Origin: Polyangiaceae bacterium
Lineage (GTDB): Bacteria > Myxococcota_A > Polyangia > Polyangiales > Houyiibacteriaceae
Length of the DNA: 64,000 nt
Assembly (NCBI GenBank): GCA_027009115.1
Contig: JALVDI010000386.1
Span: forward strand, 6,700-70,699
Direction: 5' to 3'
Shown: piece by piece, positions 39,755 through 48,517 of the stretch
Numbering within the stretch: position 1 is the stretch's first letter
How the letters are laid out: every line of letters begins with the position of its first letter
The notes under the pieces: model-generated
What the model was told of the DNA's origin: nothing
Seen by the model: the letters and a program-made list of their open reading frames with translations, nothing else
Database searches by the model: none
Translations under genes and position numbers: made by a program

Positions 39755-41753
39755 GTTTGCACGCGCGGCGAGCGAGGTCCTGTTTCGCCCGCCGCCGGTC
39801 TTCAGCGCCGATGAGCTCGAGACCCTAGCCGGCTTCGCGCACGCGTCGGGGATCCGCCCCGAGGGGGTCGGGGGGCCGCGGTTCTCCCTCGAGGGGCGCC
39901 CCTACCTGGAAGCGCTGTACGGCGAGCGCCGGGACAAGCCGTTCACCCGGCTGGTGATCATGAAGGCCGCCCAGATGGGCCTCACCGTGAAGCTGCTGTA
40001 CCGCGCCGGCTGGCTCACCGCGGACGCGAACACCCGCTTCAACGTCGCCCTCATGTTCCCGACGCTCGAGGCCGTCCTCGACCTGCACAAGTCGCGTTTC
40101 CGGCCGATGATGCAGTCGTCGAGCAAGATGATGAAGCTGATCGGGGACGTGGACGCCGTGGGCCTGGTGCGCGTCGGGGTTTCCACGATGCGCTTCCGCG
40201 GCATGCGCTCGGGGATCGGGGTGGACTCCTTCCCGGCGGACGCCCTGCTCTTCGACGAGGTGCGCCTCATGGACCTGGCCACCATCGAGCGCACCTTCGT
40301 GCGCGTCTCGGCCTCGAGGTTCGAGTGGGAGGGCCGCCGCGGGCTGATCGAGCTGAACTCCACCGCCGGTTTCCCGGGCATGGACATAGACCGCTGGTTC
40401 CAGCGCTCGACCATGAACTACTGGCGGACGCCCTGCCCCAACCCCGCCTGCAAGCTCCACCACGAGGGGATCGTCATGCCCCTGCGCTGGCCGGACGTGG
40501 TGGGCCGGGACGGCTCGAGGCTCTACTACCAATGCCCCGAGTGCAAGACCGAGATCACCGACGACGTGCTGCTCAAGCACGGGTTCTACGTGCCCGAAAA
40601 CCCCGGCGCCGAATGGGAGGGCTACCAGTTTTCGCAGATCCTGCGGGGCAACCGCTACCTGCCCGAGCTGTGGGCGGCCTGGGAGCGTGGCGACAACCTG
40701 CCCGAGTTTTACAACTCGCGCCTCGGGCTGCCCTACCGCGACCCCGACGCCGTGCCGGCGCCGCGCGAGACCGTCGAGGCCTGCATGGACCCCGAGTACC
40801 GCTGGCCCGACCCCGAGGACCTGAAGGGGGAGTGGGTGGCCGTGGGCGTAGACCAGCGCGCCCCCGAAAAGCACGCCGTCGTCTACAAGCTGGGCCACGG
40901 GAGCACCTTCGACCTGGTGCACCTTGAGGTCCTGGAGGTCAGCGGTGAGGACGCCGTGCGCGCGCTCGAGCTCCTGGCCCGCCGCTGGCACGCCAAGATC
41001 GTGGTGATTGACGGCGAGCCCTCCTACGACCTGGCCGTCGGCCTCGCCCGCCGCCTGCCCAAGGGGGTGGTCTGGCTGGCGGACTACGCGGACTCGCCCC
41101 ACGCGATCACGTGGAAAGACGAGCGCACCCGCAAGGACATCCAGAAGTCCACCGGTGAGGTCAAGTACGAGTACCGGGTGCTGCTGGACCGCTACAAGGC
41201 CCTCGACTGGGCCCTCACGCAGTTTCAGCGGCGCCGCATCCGCGTGCCCGTGGACTTCTACGAGAAGCACCAGACCCGGCGCATCGGCGGGGTGGCGCAG
41301 AAGTGGCCGGTGGCGAAGGAGTACGTGACCCACCTCGAGAACATTGCCCGGGCCACCATCCCGGTCTACCGCACGCTGCCCACCGGCGAGCGCGTGCACT
41401 CCGGCGAGGTGCGCCAGATCTACCGCCACCTGGCCCTCGACCCCCACTTCGCCCACGCCCACGTCTACGCCCTCGTCGGGCTGGCCCGCCGGATGGGGGA
41501 CACGACCATCCACATGGGGGCCGAGGCCTCGCTCAAGCCCCCGTCGCCGCTCGAGGCCGCCACCCCCCAAGGCCTGAGGCCGGGCGACCTGGCGCTCGAG
41601 CGTCAGCGGGCGCTCAGCCGCACCTGCGGGGTCTGCCGCTACTACTCCGCGCTGTCGGGGGGCAAGGGGCGGTGCAATCACCCCAGCAACGCCGCGATCA
41701 ACCTGCGGGTGGGCGAAAGCGACCCCCATTGCCCGCTGTGGCGGCGCAAGTAG
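39732..41753 (+). CDS. terL: Terminase large subunit, lambda GpA-like
   Basis: ATG 39732 behind GGGGGTGGAAG (the track start at 39696 is also possible). It has VIMKAAQMGLTVK (GpA-type Walker A), ADALLFDEV (Walker B) and the Cys cluster CPNPACK...YYQCPECK. About 674 aa. Confidence 0.8.
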   Translation: MAPALEPEFARAASEVLFRPPPVFSADELETLAGFAHASGIRPEGVGGPRFSLEGRPYLEALYGERRDKPFTRLVIMKAAQMGLTVKLLYRAGWLTADANTRFNVALMFPTLEAVLDLHKSRFRPMMQSSSKMMKLIGDVDAVGLVRVGVSTMRFRGMRSGIGVDSFPADALLFDEVRLMDLATIERTFVRVSASRFEWEGRRGLIELNSTAGFPGMDIDRWFQRSTMNYWRTPCPNPACKLHHEGIVMPLRWPDVVGRDGSRLYYQCPECKTEITDDVLLKHGFYVPENPGAEWEGYQFSQILRGNRYLPELWAAWERGDNLPEFYNSRLGLPYRDPDAVPAPRETVEACMDPEYRWPDPEDLKGEWVAVGVDQRAPEKHAVVYKLGHGSTFDLVHLEVLEVSGEDAVRALELLARRWHAKIVVIDGEPSYDLAVGLARRLPKGVVWLADYADSPHAITWKDERTRKDIQKSTGEVKYEYRVLLDRYKALDWALTQFQRRRIRVPVDFYEKHQTRRIGGVAQKWPVAKEYVTHLENIARATIPVYRTLPTGERVHSGEVRQIYRHLALDPHFAHAHVYALVGLARRMGDTTIHMGAEASLKPPSPLEAATPQGLRPGDLALERQRALSRTCGVCRYYSALSGGKGRCNHPSNAAINLRVGESDPHCPLWRRK

Positions 41754-41757
41754 CCGA

Positions 41758-41800
41758 ACAGACGAACGCCCGGGCCAGCATACGAGCCCGGGCGTCTGTC
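41758..41800. terminator. Bidirectional hairpin between convergent terL and the minus-strand late genes
   Basis: CGCCCGGGC (41767-41775), 10-nt loop, GCCCGGGCG (41786-41794). The stem is extended by ACAGA/TCTGT with a bulge. Confidence 0.55.
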
Positions 41801-41814
41801 TAACCTACGTGCCG

Positions 41815-42615
41815 CTATGCGCCGGCCAGGTAGTCCTCGACCGGTCCGAAGAGCTCGTCGCCGGCCGCCTTGAGCTCGACGAGGGACGCGGCCCTCACCG
41901 TGTGGTCGGGCTCCACCGCGTCCACCATGCGCTCGCTGGCGTGCTTCTGCGCCTCGGGATCCAGGACCTCCGGGGCGTTGTCCCGCACCACCCGCACCAC
42001 CTCGCCCAGGCCGGGCGGGGGGAGAAGGCCGCCCTCCTCGTCCCAGGTATGGGTGAGCGCGTGCCGCACCACGTCCAGCGTGGGACCGTCGTGCTGCTCG
42101 TAGTAGGCCCGCATGCGCTCCACGTCGCCCTGGATCGCGTACGCCTCGTTCGGGAAGCGCACATCCGTCACGGCCACCCGCCCGCCGGCGGCGAGCACCC
42201 GGCGCGCCTCGGTGAGGGCCGGGACCAGCCAGAGGCCCGGGTCAATGCTGCGGCCGATCTCGGTGCCCAGGTGCTGCAGCAGGCGCCGCTCCCGCGGGGC
42301 CTTGTTCGCGCCGAAGTAGGCGTAGTAGCGCTCGAGCACCATCGAGAGCGTGGGCTTGAGGTAGATCCCGACGATCTCCCGCGGCTCGGGGGCGCGGCCC
42401 TCGTCCTTGGCGACCTTCTTGGTGTACGCGGCCACCTGCTCCGCCAGCCCCGGCGTGACCATGGGCACCGTCAGCCCCTCGAGCACCAGCGCCAGACCCT
42501 TCAGGGGGTCGGCCAGGGCGATGCGGGTGTAGCCCCGAGGGGCCAGCACCATGCCGTAGAAGCTGTCCTTGCCCGCGCGCGCTTTGCCGGTGATGCCGAT
42601 CAGTCTTGGTTTCAT
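41815..42615 (-). CDS. Deoxynucleoside monophosphate kinase-like P-loop protein
   Basis: Track ORF 41815..43011 trimmed to MKPRLIGITGKARAGKDSF (ATG 42615, ATGA overlap). It has a P-loop plus the VTDVRFPNEA motif typical of phage dNMP kinases. Confidence 0.65.
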   Translation of the reverse strand: MKPRLIGITGKARAGKDSFYGMVLAPRGYTRIALADPLKGLALVLEGLTVPMVTPGLAEQVAAYTKKVAKDEGRAPEPREIVGIYLKPTLSMVLERYYAYFGANKAPRERRLLQHLGTEIGRSIDPGLWLVPALTEARRVLAAGGRVAVTDVRFPNEAYAIQGDVERMRAYYEQHDGPTLDVVRHALTHTWDEEGGLLPPPGLGEVVRVVRDNAPEVLDPEAQKHASERMVDAVEPDHTVRAASLVELKAAGDELFGPVEDYLAGA

Positions 42616-43262
42616 GCGTTCCTCCCGTGCTGTCCGCGTTTGTTGCCGTACCCGAGCGGGTCGCGCCGCTCGCGGTAGTCCAGGGGTAGGCGCTCGAGCA
42701 GACCGCGCAGCGCCTCCCAGCTGCCCGCCCGCAGCACCCACGGCTCCGTGAGGCTGCGGTTGTAGCGGTGCTCGATCAGGATCGGGGTGAGGCCGGCCTC
42801 GGCGAACTCGCGGGCCTCCCGGGGGCTGTCCTCGACCAGGATCGAGACCCCGAGGCGCGCGGCCACCTCCGCCTTGGTCTCGGGGCGCTCCACGTGATGC
42901 ACGGGGCGCATGGGGAAGCCGCGCTCGCGCAGCCACTCCAGGGTCACGTCCCGGGTGTGGGGCTTGCGCCGGGTGATGTAGGCGGTGAGCAGCTTGCGCC
43001 GCGCGAGCCATTGGGCGGCCTCGAGGGCGTGCGGCATGGGATGGGCTTCCCGGTAGGTCTCCGGGTCGCCGTAGATCTCCGAGAGGATCCGCTCCGCCTC
43101 CGGGGTCCGTACGCGCTCGGGGAACTCGGCCAGCACGTCGTCGTAGTGCTCGGGGTCCCAGTAGCGCACGTCCGCGGGCTCGAGCCCCAGCCGCTCCACT
43201 AGGCGCCGCATGACGACGGGGGTGAGGTTGGCGACCACGCCGTCGAGGTCGAGGGCGATCAT
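42612..43262 (-). CDS. HAD-superfamily 5'(3')-deoxyribonucleotidase-like phosphatase
   Basis: MIALDLDGVVAN (DxDxV nucleophile motif), ...YITRR (Thr/Ser motif II region), and ILVEDSP late Asp motif. Confidence 0.6.
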   Translation of the reverse strand: MIALDLDGVVANLTPVVMRRLVERLGLEPADVRYWDPEHYDDVLAEFPERVRTPEAERILSEIYGDPETYREAHPMPHALEAAQWLARRKLLTAYITRRKPHTRDVTLEWLRERGFPMRPVHHVERPETKAEVAARLGVSILVEDSPREAREFAEAGLTPILIEHRYNRSLTEPWVLRAGSWEALRGLLERLPLDYRERRDPLGYGNKRGQHGRNA

Positions 43263-43603
43263 GCCTGCACCCCCGAGGGGGCCGGCGCCGCCTGCGCGCC
43301 GTGGACGAGAACCAGGGCGGGGGTGGTGCCCATGCTCGAGGTCAGCCCGATCATGTCGGGGGCCAGCGCCCGCACCAGCTCGAGGTTTTCCATGACCAGC
43401 TCGTCGTAGGCCGCGGCGGCCCGGTAGAGGGCGTTCGTGTTGTTCAGGTGTTCCGAGCTGGGGTAGTTGGGATCGGCGTGGGCCTTCAGGAAGGTGCTAC
43501 GGATGCCCAGGTAGGTACGGGCGCGCCGGCCCAGCTCCCGGACGATCCACGCTTCGGGGTAGAGGCCCAGGGCGGCTCGCAGCCGGTGGTACGCCTTCTT
43601 CAT
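43259..43603 (-). CDS. Hypothetical protein (114 aa)
   Basis: ATGA overlaps on both sides. No domain recognised. Confidence 0.55.
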   Translation of the reverse strand: MKKAYHRLRAALGLYPEAWIVRELGRRARTYLGIRSTFLKAHADPNYPSSEHLNNTNALYRAAAAYDELVMENLELVRALAPDMIGLTSSMGTTPALVLVHGAQAAPAPSGVQA

Positions 43604-45060
43604 GCGGTCTCCTTTCGGGGCTCGAGCCCGTCCCCGTCTGCGAAGAACGGGAACATGGCCACGTAGCCGCGTTCACGGTGGAATACGTGCGCCTCGGCCG
43701 AGCGCAGGTTGGCGATGAAGCCCTTCTTGTGGTGCCAGGCGTCCGTCGCGGAGAGGGACGGCAGCACGCGCACGCGCACCCCGCCGTTCTCGGCGAGGGG
43801 CTGGAACGCCGCCTCGCTCTTCCGGTGCAGGTGCCCCACGTGCCACTCGCGGTAGCGGGTCTGCGACCAGTCCTCGGGGCGCTCGTTCGCCATGATGAGG
43901 GGCAGGTCGCGGTGCTTCTCCTCGTTGCCGTGGGTGTAGCCGATCAGCACCCGCCCCCAGCGCAGGTACTTGCGCGGGGTGGCGCCATTGTCCACGTGCA
44001 CGTCCTCCGTGGCGCGGTAGTAGGCCCGCAGCACCTCTCCGAGGTAGAAGGTGCGCTGGTGGTCGTGGTTGCCCGGCACCATGAGCAGCCGCACCGGGGC
44101 GATGGCCCGGGCGCGGTCAATCAGGTCGGTAATGAGCAGGTCCACCACCCGCCGGAAGGCGGTCTGCCAGCGGGTGTCCACGTCCACCCGCGTGCCCTTC
44201 GTGGTGGTGTTGTCGAGGGTGTCTATGTGGAAAAGGTCGTTGCCCAGGGGGATGACGATCTCGTCCAGGGGGTAGAGGGCGGCCTGCTCGAGCAGGTACT
44301 CGACGGCCTCCTTCCACACCGCGATGGCCCGCTTGGTGTCGTAGGCGTTCCCCGTCTCCTCGGCCGCGGCCAGCTTGCCCACGTGCAGGTCGTAGACGCT
44401 GATCTCGGCGAGGTACCCCGAGTTGCGCTCGAGCCGGCGGACGCGTACCGGGGGTTGCCCCGTGGGTCGGGGTACGGCCCGGGCGGCCAGGTCCTCGATC
44501 AGCCCCTCGAAGATGGCCTTGAGGTCCACGTCCCGCTTGCGCCGCAGCCAGACCTTGATCTGCCACAGGGGAGCCTTCTTGATCTCGCCCTCGTCTTCGA
44601 TGATGCCGCTCATGCGGCTGTCTTCCCACTCGAGGGACTTCTTGGTCTTGGCCCGCCCCATCTCCCAGGTGTTCACGACGTAGCGCTCGACCTCCCACAC
44701 GTCGGGGTCCACCTGGGCGATCCGCAGCACGTCCTCGAGGCTGAGCGGCCGCTCGCCCTTGTAGGCCAGGGTCGCGTTGCCGGTGGCCGTCTCCTCGAAG
44801 CGCACGTCGGGGCGCTTGGGCTCCTGGACCTTGGGCGGCTCCGGGGGGCGCTTGGGGGCCGGCGCCGGCATGCCCTCGGGGGTGTAGGCGGTCACGAAGT
44901 GGTAGAGCTCCCGGGAGCGGTAGTAGGTGAGCTCGTGGCCGATGGAGGCCAGGTGGTTCTTCAGGTACTGGGGCCCGTGGCCCGGGTTGGCCTCGAGGTA
45001 GGCCCGGGCGGCGGCCTCGAGCTCGGGGGTGAGCCACTTGGGGCGCTTGGGTCCGGCCAC
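43600..45060 (-). CDS. Calcineurin-like metallophosphoesterase
   Basis: The ordered motifs SVYDLHVGK, PLGNDLFH, MVPGNHDH, GYTHGNE and WHVGHLHRK follow the DxH / GD / GNH[DE] / H / GHxH pattern. Confidence 0.7.
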   Translation of the reverse strand: MAGPKRPKWLTPELEAAARAYLEANPGHGPQYLKNHLASIGHELTYYRSRELYHFVTAYTPEGMPAPAPKRPPEPPKVQEPKRPDVRFEETATGNATLAYKGERPLSLEDVLRIAQVDPDVWEVERYVVNTWEMGRAKTKKSLEWEDSRMSGIIEDEGEIKKAPLWQIKVWLRRKRDVDLKAIFEGLIEDLAARAVPRPTGQPPVRVRRLERNSGYLAEISVYDLHVGKLAAAEETGNAYDTKRAIAVWKEAVEYLLEQAALYPLDEIVIPLGNDLFHIDTLDNTTTKGTRVDVDTRWQTAFRRVVDLLITDLIDRARAIAPVRLLMVPGNHDHQRTFYLGEVLRAYYRATEDVHVDNGATPRKYLRWGRVLIGYTHGNEEKHRDLPLIMANERPEDWSQTRYREWHVGHLHRKSEAAFQPLAENGGVRVRVLPSLSATDAWHHKKGFIANLRSAEAHVFHRERGYVAMFPFFADGDGLEPRKETA

Positions 45061-45449
45061 TACCTACCCCCCAGGCGTGCGAAGGCGCGGAACACGTAGG
45101 TGCCTGCGGGGCGGTACTGGGCCTCGAGCCCCAGCGTCACGCGGGGGCCGTCCGCTAGGGCCTGCACCCCCACCCAGGAGCGCTCGAGCGCGCCCGGGTA
45201 GAAGGCTAGCTGGGGCATGAGGTAGGCGTCCACGTCCCAGCTCGAGCCCAGCCAGTAGTAGGCGTCCAGGCGCACGTAGTGGCCCGAGAACGGTGCGCGG
45301 TCGGCTGAGGGCTCCGTCGCGGCCGGCGCGGGGCCGCTCCACTCCCAACCGAGCTCCACGTCCCAGCCGGTCCAGCCGGTGCCGCCGGCGCCGGTGGCGA
45401 AGGCGAGTCCGGCGGCCAGCACCAGGGGAGCGATAAGGTGCTTTATCAT
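45060..45449 (-). CDS. Secreted beta-rich protein with signal peptide (outer-membrane-protein-like moron)
   Basis: Trimmed to MIKHLIAPLVLAAGLAFATGAGG (ATG 45447-45449). The mature part is rich in Trp/Tyr/Gly and ends ...YVFRAFARLGGR. It has its own TAGAAT box (45457-45462) 7 nt before the ATG and no SD. Confidence 0.55.
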   Translation of the reverse strand: MIKHLIAPLVLAAGLAFATGAGGTGWTGWDVELGWEWSGPAPAATEPSADRAPFSGHYVRLDAYYWLGSSWDVDAYLMPQLAFYPGALERSWVGVQALADGPRVTLGLEAQYRPAGTYVFRAFARLGGR

Positions 45450-45605
45450 GCGTCTTATTCTACAGACGGGCACGGGTGGGGTAGAGAAAGGGCCTAACGG
45501 TTCAGTAACAGACCCGGGGAATAGCAGAGGCGGCGGGCTCGAGCCCGCCACCGGTCTACCTGCGCAATCCTCGCCGTCGGGGTCGCCGGCGCACCTGCCC
45601 CGCCC

Positions 45606-45878
45606 CTAGGTAGGCGGCGCGCCGGACTTCTCGAAAAAACCCGTGGCGTTGAAAAAAGCGACGACGGCGCGGATGACCATGCGCGCGATGATGTCGTAGC
45701 TGTCGCGGAAGGCCTCCGGGAGCATTTCCGGGGGGAAGAGCTCCCGCATCTGCGCCACCGCCTTGTCCTCCTTTGCCTTGCCCTTCTCACCGGTCCCCTC
45801 GGCGGTGAGCTCCACCAGGGTGACGGCGAGGCCGGCCGCCTGAATGATCGCCTGCAGGATCGAGAGCAGCTTCTTCAT
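45606..45878 (-). CDS. Small membrane protein, LL-H-type holin-like
   Basis: Trimmed to MKKLLSILQAIIQAAGLAVTLV (ATG 45878) behind GGAGGT. One N-terminal TM segment, then TGEKGKAKEDKAVAQM. It lies directly downstream of the lysozyme-like gene. Confidence 0.45.
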   Translation of the reverse strand: MKKLLSILQAIIQAAGLAVTLVELTAEGTGEKGKAKEDKAVAQMRELFPPEMLPEAFRDSYDIIARMVIRAVVAFFNATGFFEKSGAPPT

Positions 45879-45897
45879 CGTTACCTCCGCGGCCACC

Positions 45898-46629
45898 CTA
45901 GGCGCTGGGGCGGTCGGGGTCCTCCCACCACTTGCGCCAGTAGCTGATGCCGAAGTCGCGCTCGAGCTCGTAGCGCCGGCCGTGCACGGTGCCGCGGCCC
46001 ACGGCGATCGTGAGCTTGCGGCTCAGCACGTCGTCGCGCCAGCGGGGGTTGGCGCTGTCGGCCACCACCTGGGCCAGCAGCTTGAGGCGCTGCCACTCCA
46101 TGGGGTAGCGCGTCCCCGCCCCGAGGCGGCGCCGGTAGCGGCGGATGTGGTCGCGGCGCGGCGCGCCGTTCTGCACGGCGATGTCCACCCCGAGGGCGTA
46201 GGCGCGCTCGGTCGTGAACCCCAGGGCCTCCACGAGCCTCCGGCCGCGGTCCAGGTACGGCTGGGCGGCCTCGCGGAACGCCTGCTGGGTGCCGGGCAGC
46301 TCCTCGAGGCGGTGGAAGGCGTTGCGCCACTCCCACGTCGGCCGGCCGCGGCGGTCCAGGATACGCGCCCGGGCGAAATCCACGAGCGCCGCGTTGCCGC
46401 GCCGGGCGGCCTCGACGAACTCCTCGCCCATGATGCGGGCGGCCTGCTCGGGCTCGAGCTCGACGATGCGCGCCAGCACCGGGCCCAGCGTCCCCTGCCC
46501 GAGGTTCCATTGCAGCGGCCCCCAGGAGAGCACCTGGCCGTCGAAGTCGCCGGCCAGGTGCCCCCCCTCGAACGCGTGCACCATGCGGAGCACGCGGGTC
46601 TGGAGGGTGGGGTGGGGTTTGCGGTTCAT
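45898..46629 (-). CDS. Putative endolysin (lysozyme-like)
   Basis: AFEGGHLAGDFDGQVLSWG has Glu, Asp at +9 and Ser/Thr near +14, close to T4-lysozyme E11/D20/T26 spacing. The gene sits between two holin-like genes. Confidence 0.45.
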   Translation of the reverse strand: MNRKPHPTLQTRVLRMVHAFEGGHLAGDFDGQVLSWGPLQWNLGQGTLGPVLARIVELEPEQAARIMGEEFVEAARRGNAALVDFARARILDRRGRPTWEWRNAFHRLEELPGTQQAFREAAQPYLDRGRRLVEALGFTTERAYALGVDIAVQNGAPRRDHIRRYRRRLGAGTRYPMEWQRLKLLAQVVADSANPRWRDDVLSRKLTIAVGRGTVHGRRYELERDFGISYWRKWWEDPDRPSA

Positions 46630-46634
46630 GGACG

Positions 46635-47126
46635 TTAGAGCATGCCGATGACGCCGTAGTTGCCGCCGCCGGCAACGATCGGACCGGGCATTTCGCTCGG
46701 ATCGGCGGGCTCGAGCTGCAGGGTGAAGGCGATGTCGCCGATGGACGTGTCGGCCGTCGCGGGGGCGGTGATGACGAGGGTGTCGCCGGGGGCGAGGTAC
46801 ACGTCCCCCATGGGGAAGTCGAACGCGCCGTCCGACTGCCCGGCGAGGAGGGCCGCCGCGATCGAGCCGCTGCCGCCCGAGATGTCGGCTACCCAGTCGG
46901 CCGCCGGGGGCAGGTCGGCGTAGAGCCGGTGGTTGCCGTTCGCGGGGATCTTGACGTGCTCGGCCGCCACGTAGATGAACAGGACGGCGTCGGCGGCGGG
47001 GGTGCCGGGTACGAAGACGCGAAGCTCGCTGGGGCCGCTGCCTAGGTCGGCGAGCTCCGACGCCTGCTCGAGCTGCTTGAGAAAGCGGGTGTTGGTACCG
47101 GGTAGGTGTCTGCGCTCCTTTGCCAT
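46635..47126 (-). CDS. Hypothetical protein sharing a C-terminal-type module with tail fibre 47640..48509
   Basis: GDVYLAPGDTLVITAP resembles GMVYLAPGDRLRITYA in the fibre C-terminus. Confidence 0.5.
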   Translation of the reverse strand: MAKERRHLPGTNTRFLKQLEQASELADLGSGPSELRVFVPGTPAADAVLFIYVAAEHVKIPANGNHRLYADLPPAADWVADISGGSGSIAAALLAGQSDGAFDFPMGDVYLAPGDTLVITAPATADTSIGDIAFTLQLEPADPSEMPGPIVAGGGNYGVIGML

Positions 47127-47156
47127 GCCGCCACCGTAGAAACGGTGGCGGTAAGG

Positions 47157-47606
47157 CTACACGTCGGACCTGGGCGCGCGCTCGCGCAATAGGGACTCGA
47201 GCCGTTGCAGGATGGGGAGGTCGGGGTAGATGCGCTGCAGGTTCTCCAGGATGGACAGCGCCTCGGTGACGATCAGCATGCCCAGGCCCACGCCGGTGAA
47301 GAGGGCCCCCATGCCGATGCCGCGCTCGGCGAGGTTGATGGCGGCGAGCGCCGTCCCGTAGACCACGAGCTTGGCCCCCGTCTTGGTGGCCATGATGGCG
47401 CTGGTGATGTGGTGCCCGCGGTAGCGGGCGGCGATCACCCCCGTCAGAAAGTCGAGGGCCACGAGCGCCCCCAGGATGCCGTACGCCTCACGCCACGGCG
47501 AGTAGATCCAGATCACCAACCCCACGAGCAGCTTGACGATGAGGAGGTCGGTGAGGCGGCTCAGGATGTCGGCGATCGAGAGAAAGAAGGTCGTGAGGCG
47601 TTCCAT
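47157..47606 (-). CDS. Holin (Phage_holin_4_1 / TcdE-like family)
   Basis: Three or four hydrophobic helices. ALDFLTGVIAA, KTGAKLVVY and IVTEALSILENL match the family signature (D..TG, KK..., E.xSIxEN). Confidence 0.65.
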   Translation of the reverse strand: MERLTTFFLSIADILSRLTDLLIVKLLVGLVIWIYSPWREAYGILGALVALDFLTGVIAARYRGHHITSAIMATKTGAKLVVYGTALAAINLAERGIGMGALFTGVGLGMLIVTEALSILENLQRIYPDLPILQRLESLLRERAPRSDV

Positions 47607-47639
47607 GCCCGCACCCTCGAACCCGTAGCCGTCAGACGG

Positions 47640-48509
47640 CTAGAGCGGGACCACCGTGGCGTTGGGGGCGGTGGTGGCGTAGGTGATGCGCAGACGGTCC
47701 CCGGGGGCGAGGTAGACCATGCCGGCCGTGACTCCGAGGTCGTAGTACGTCGCGCCGTCGCGGCTGAACTCGAGCAGGCTCGGGTCGCCGCCCTGCACGA
47801 TCACGGCCACGGGGTTGGTCCCGGGGTTCTGGTACTCGAAGGGGCTGGCGCCCACCGTGAGCGCAGAGGGGGCGGTGGCCGTGTCCGTGAGGGCGTAGCG
47901 GGCGTCGCCTTCGGCCTGGGTCAGGTACTGGGGGTGCGGGTCGGCGTCGGCGACGTGGGCGTCCAGCGCCGCCTGGTCGGCCTTGCCGTCGAGCTGGGTC
48001 TGGATGGGGCCGGTGACGCCGTCGAGGTAGCCGAGCTCGGTCGCGTCCACGCCCGCGGGCCAGTCGCTGATCTCGGCGAGGGGGTGGGTGTGGGCCTCCG
48101 GGGCGAAGGTGGTGGGCTTGTTCTGCACGTCGTCCCAGCCGATGCCGTCGCCGGCGGGGTCGGCCGTCGCCGCCCAGGACTCGAGCGTGTCCATGCGGTC
48201 CGAGAGCGACCCCACGGCGGCGTTCAGGGCGTCCAGGTCCACGGCCTCGAGGGCGCTCAGGCGCGCGTCCGCGTTGACGGCCTCGAGGGCGTCCAGGCGG
48301 GCTCCGATGTTCAGGGCCTCGAGGGCGGCCACCCGCGGGGCCAGGCCCCCGGTGCCGCCCAGCTCCTGCACCATGCGGTAGAGGATCGCGTCGTTGGTGA
48401 TCAGGTCCTGGAACTGCGGGTTCCAGGTGTCCGGGTGCGCGGGGTCGGTGGTCTCGAGCGCGCGTACGCGGTCGGTAAAGGTGCCGTTTTCGTTGCCGAT
48501 CAGGTCCAT
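47640..48509 (-). CDS. Tail fibre protein (paralog 1)
   Basis: The N-terminus is homologous to 48518..49537 (TTDPAHPDTWNPQFQDLITNDAIL vs TTDPVHPSTINPQLLQLVTNDAVL). It has RLDALEAVNADARL-type repeats and a distinct C-terminal domain. Confidence 0.7.
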   Translation of the reverse strand: MDLIGNENGTFTDRVRALETTDPAHPDTWNPQFQDLITNDAILYRMVQELGGTGGLAPRVAALEALNIGARLDALEAVNADARLSALEAVDLDALNAAVGSLSDRMDTLESWAATADPAGDGIGWDDVQNKPTTFAPEAHTHPLAEISDWPAGVDATELGYLDGVTGPIQTQLDGKADQAALDAHVADADPHPQYLTQAEGDARYALTDTATAPSALTVGASPFEYQNPGTNPVAVIVQGGDPSLLEFSRDGATYYDLGVTAGMVYLAPGDRLRITYATTAPNATVVPL

Positions 48510-48517
48510 GGGTTCTC

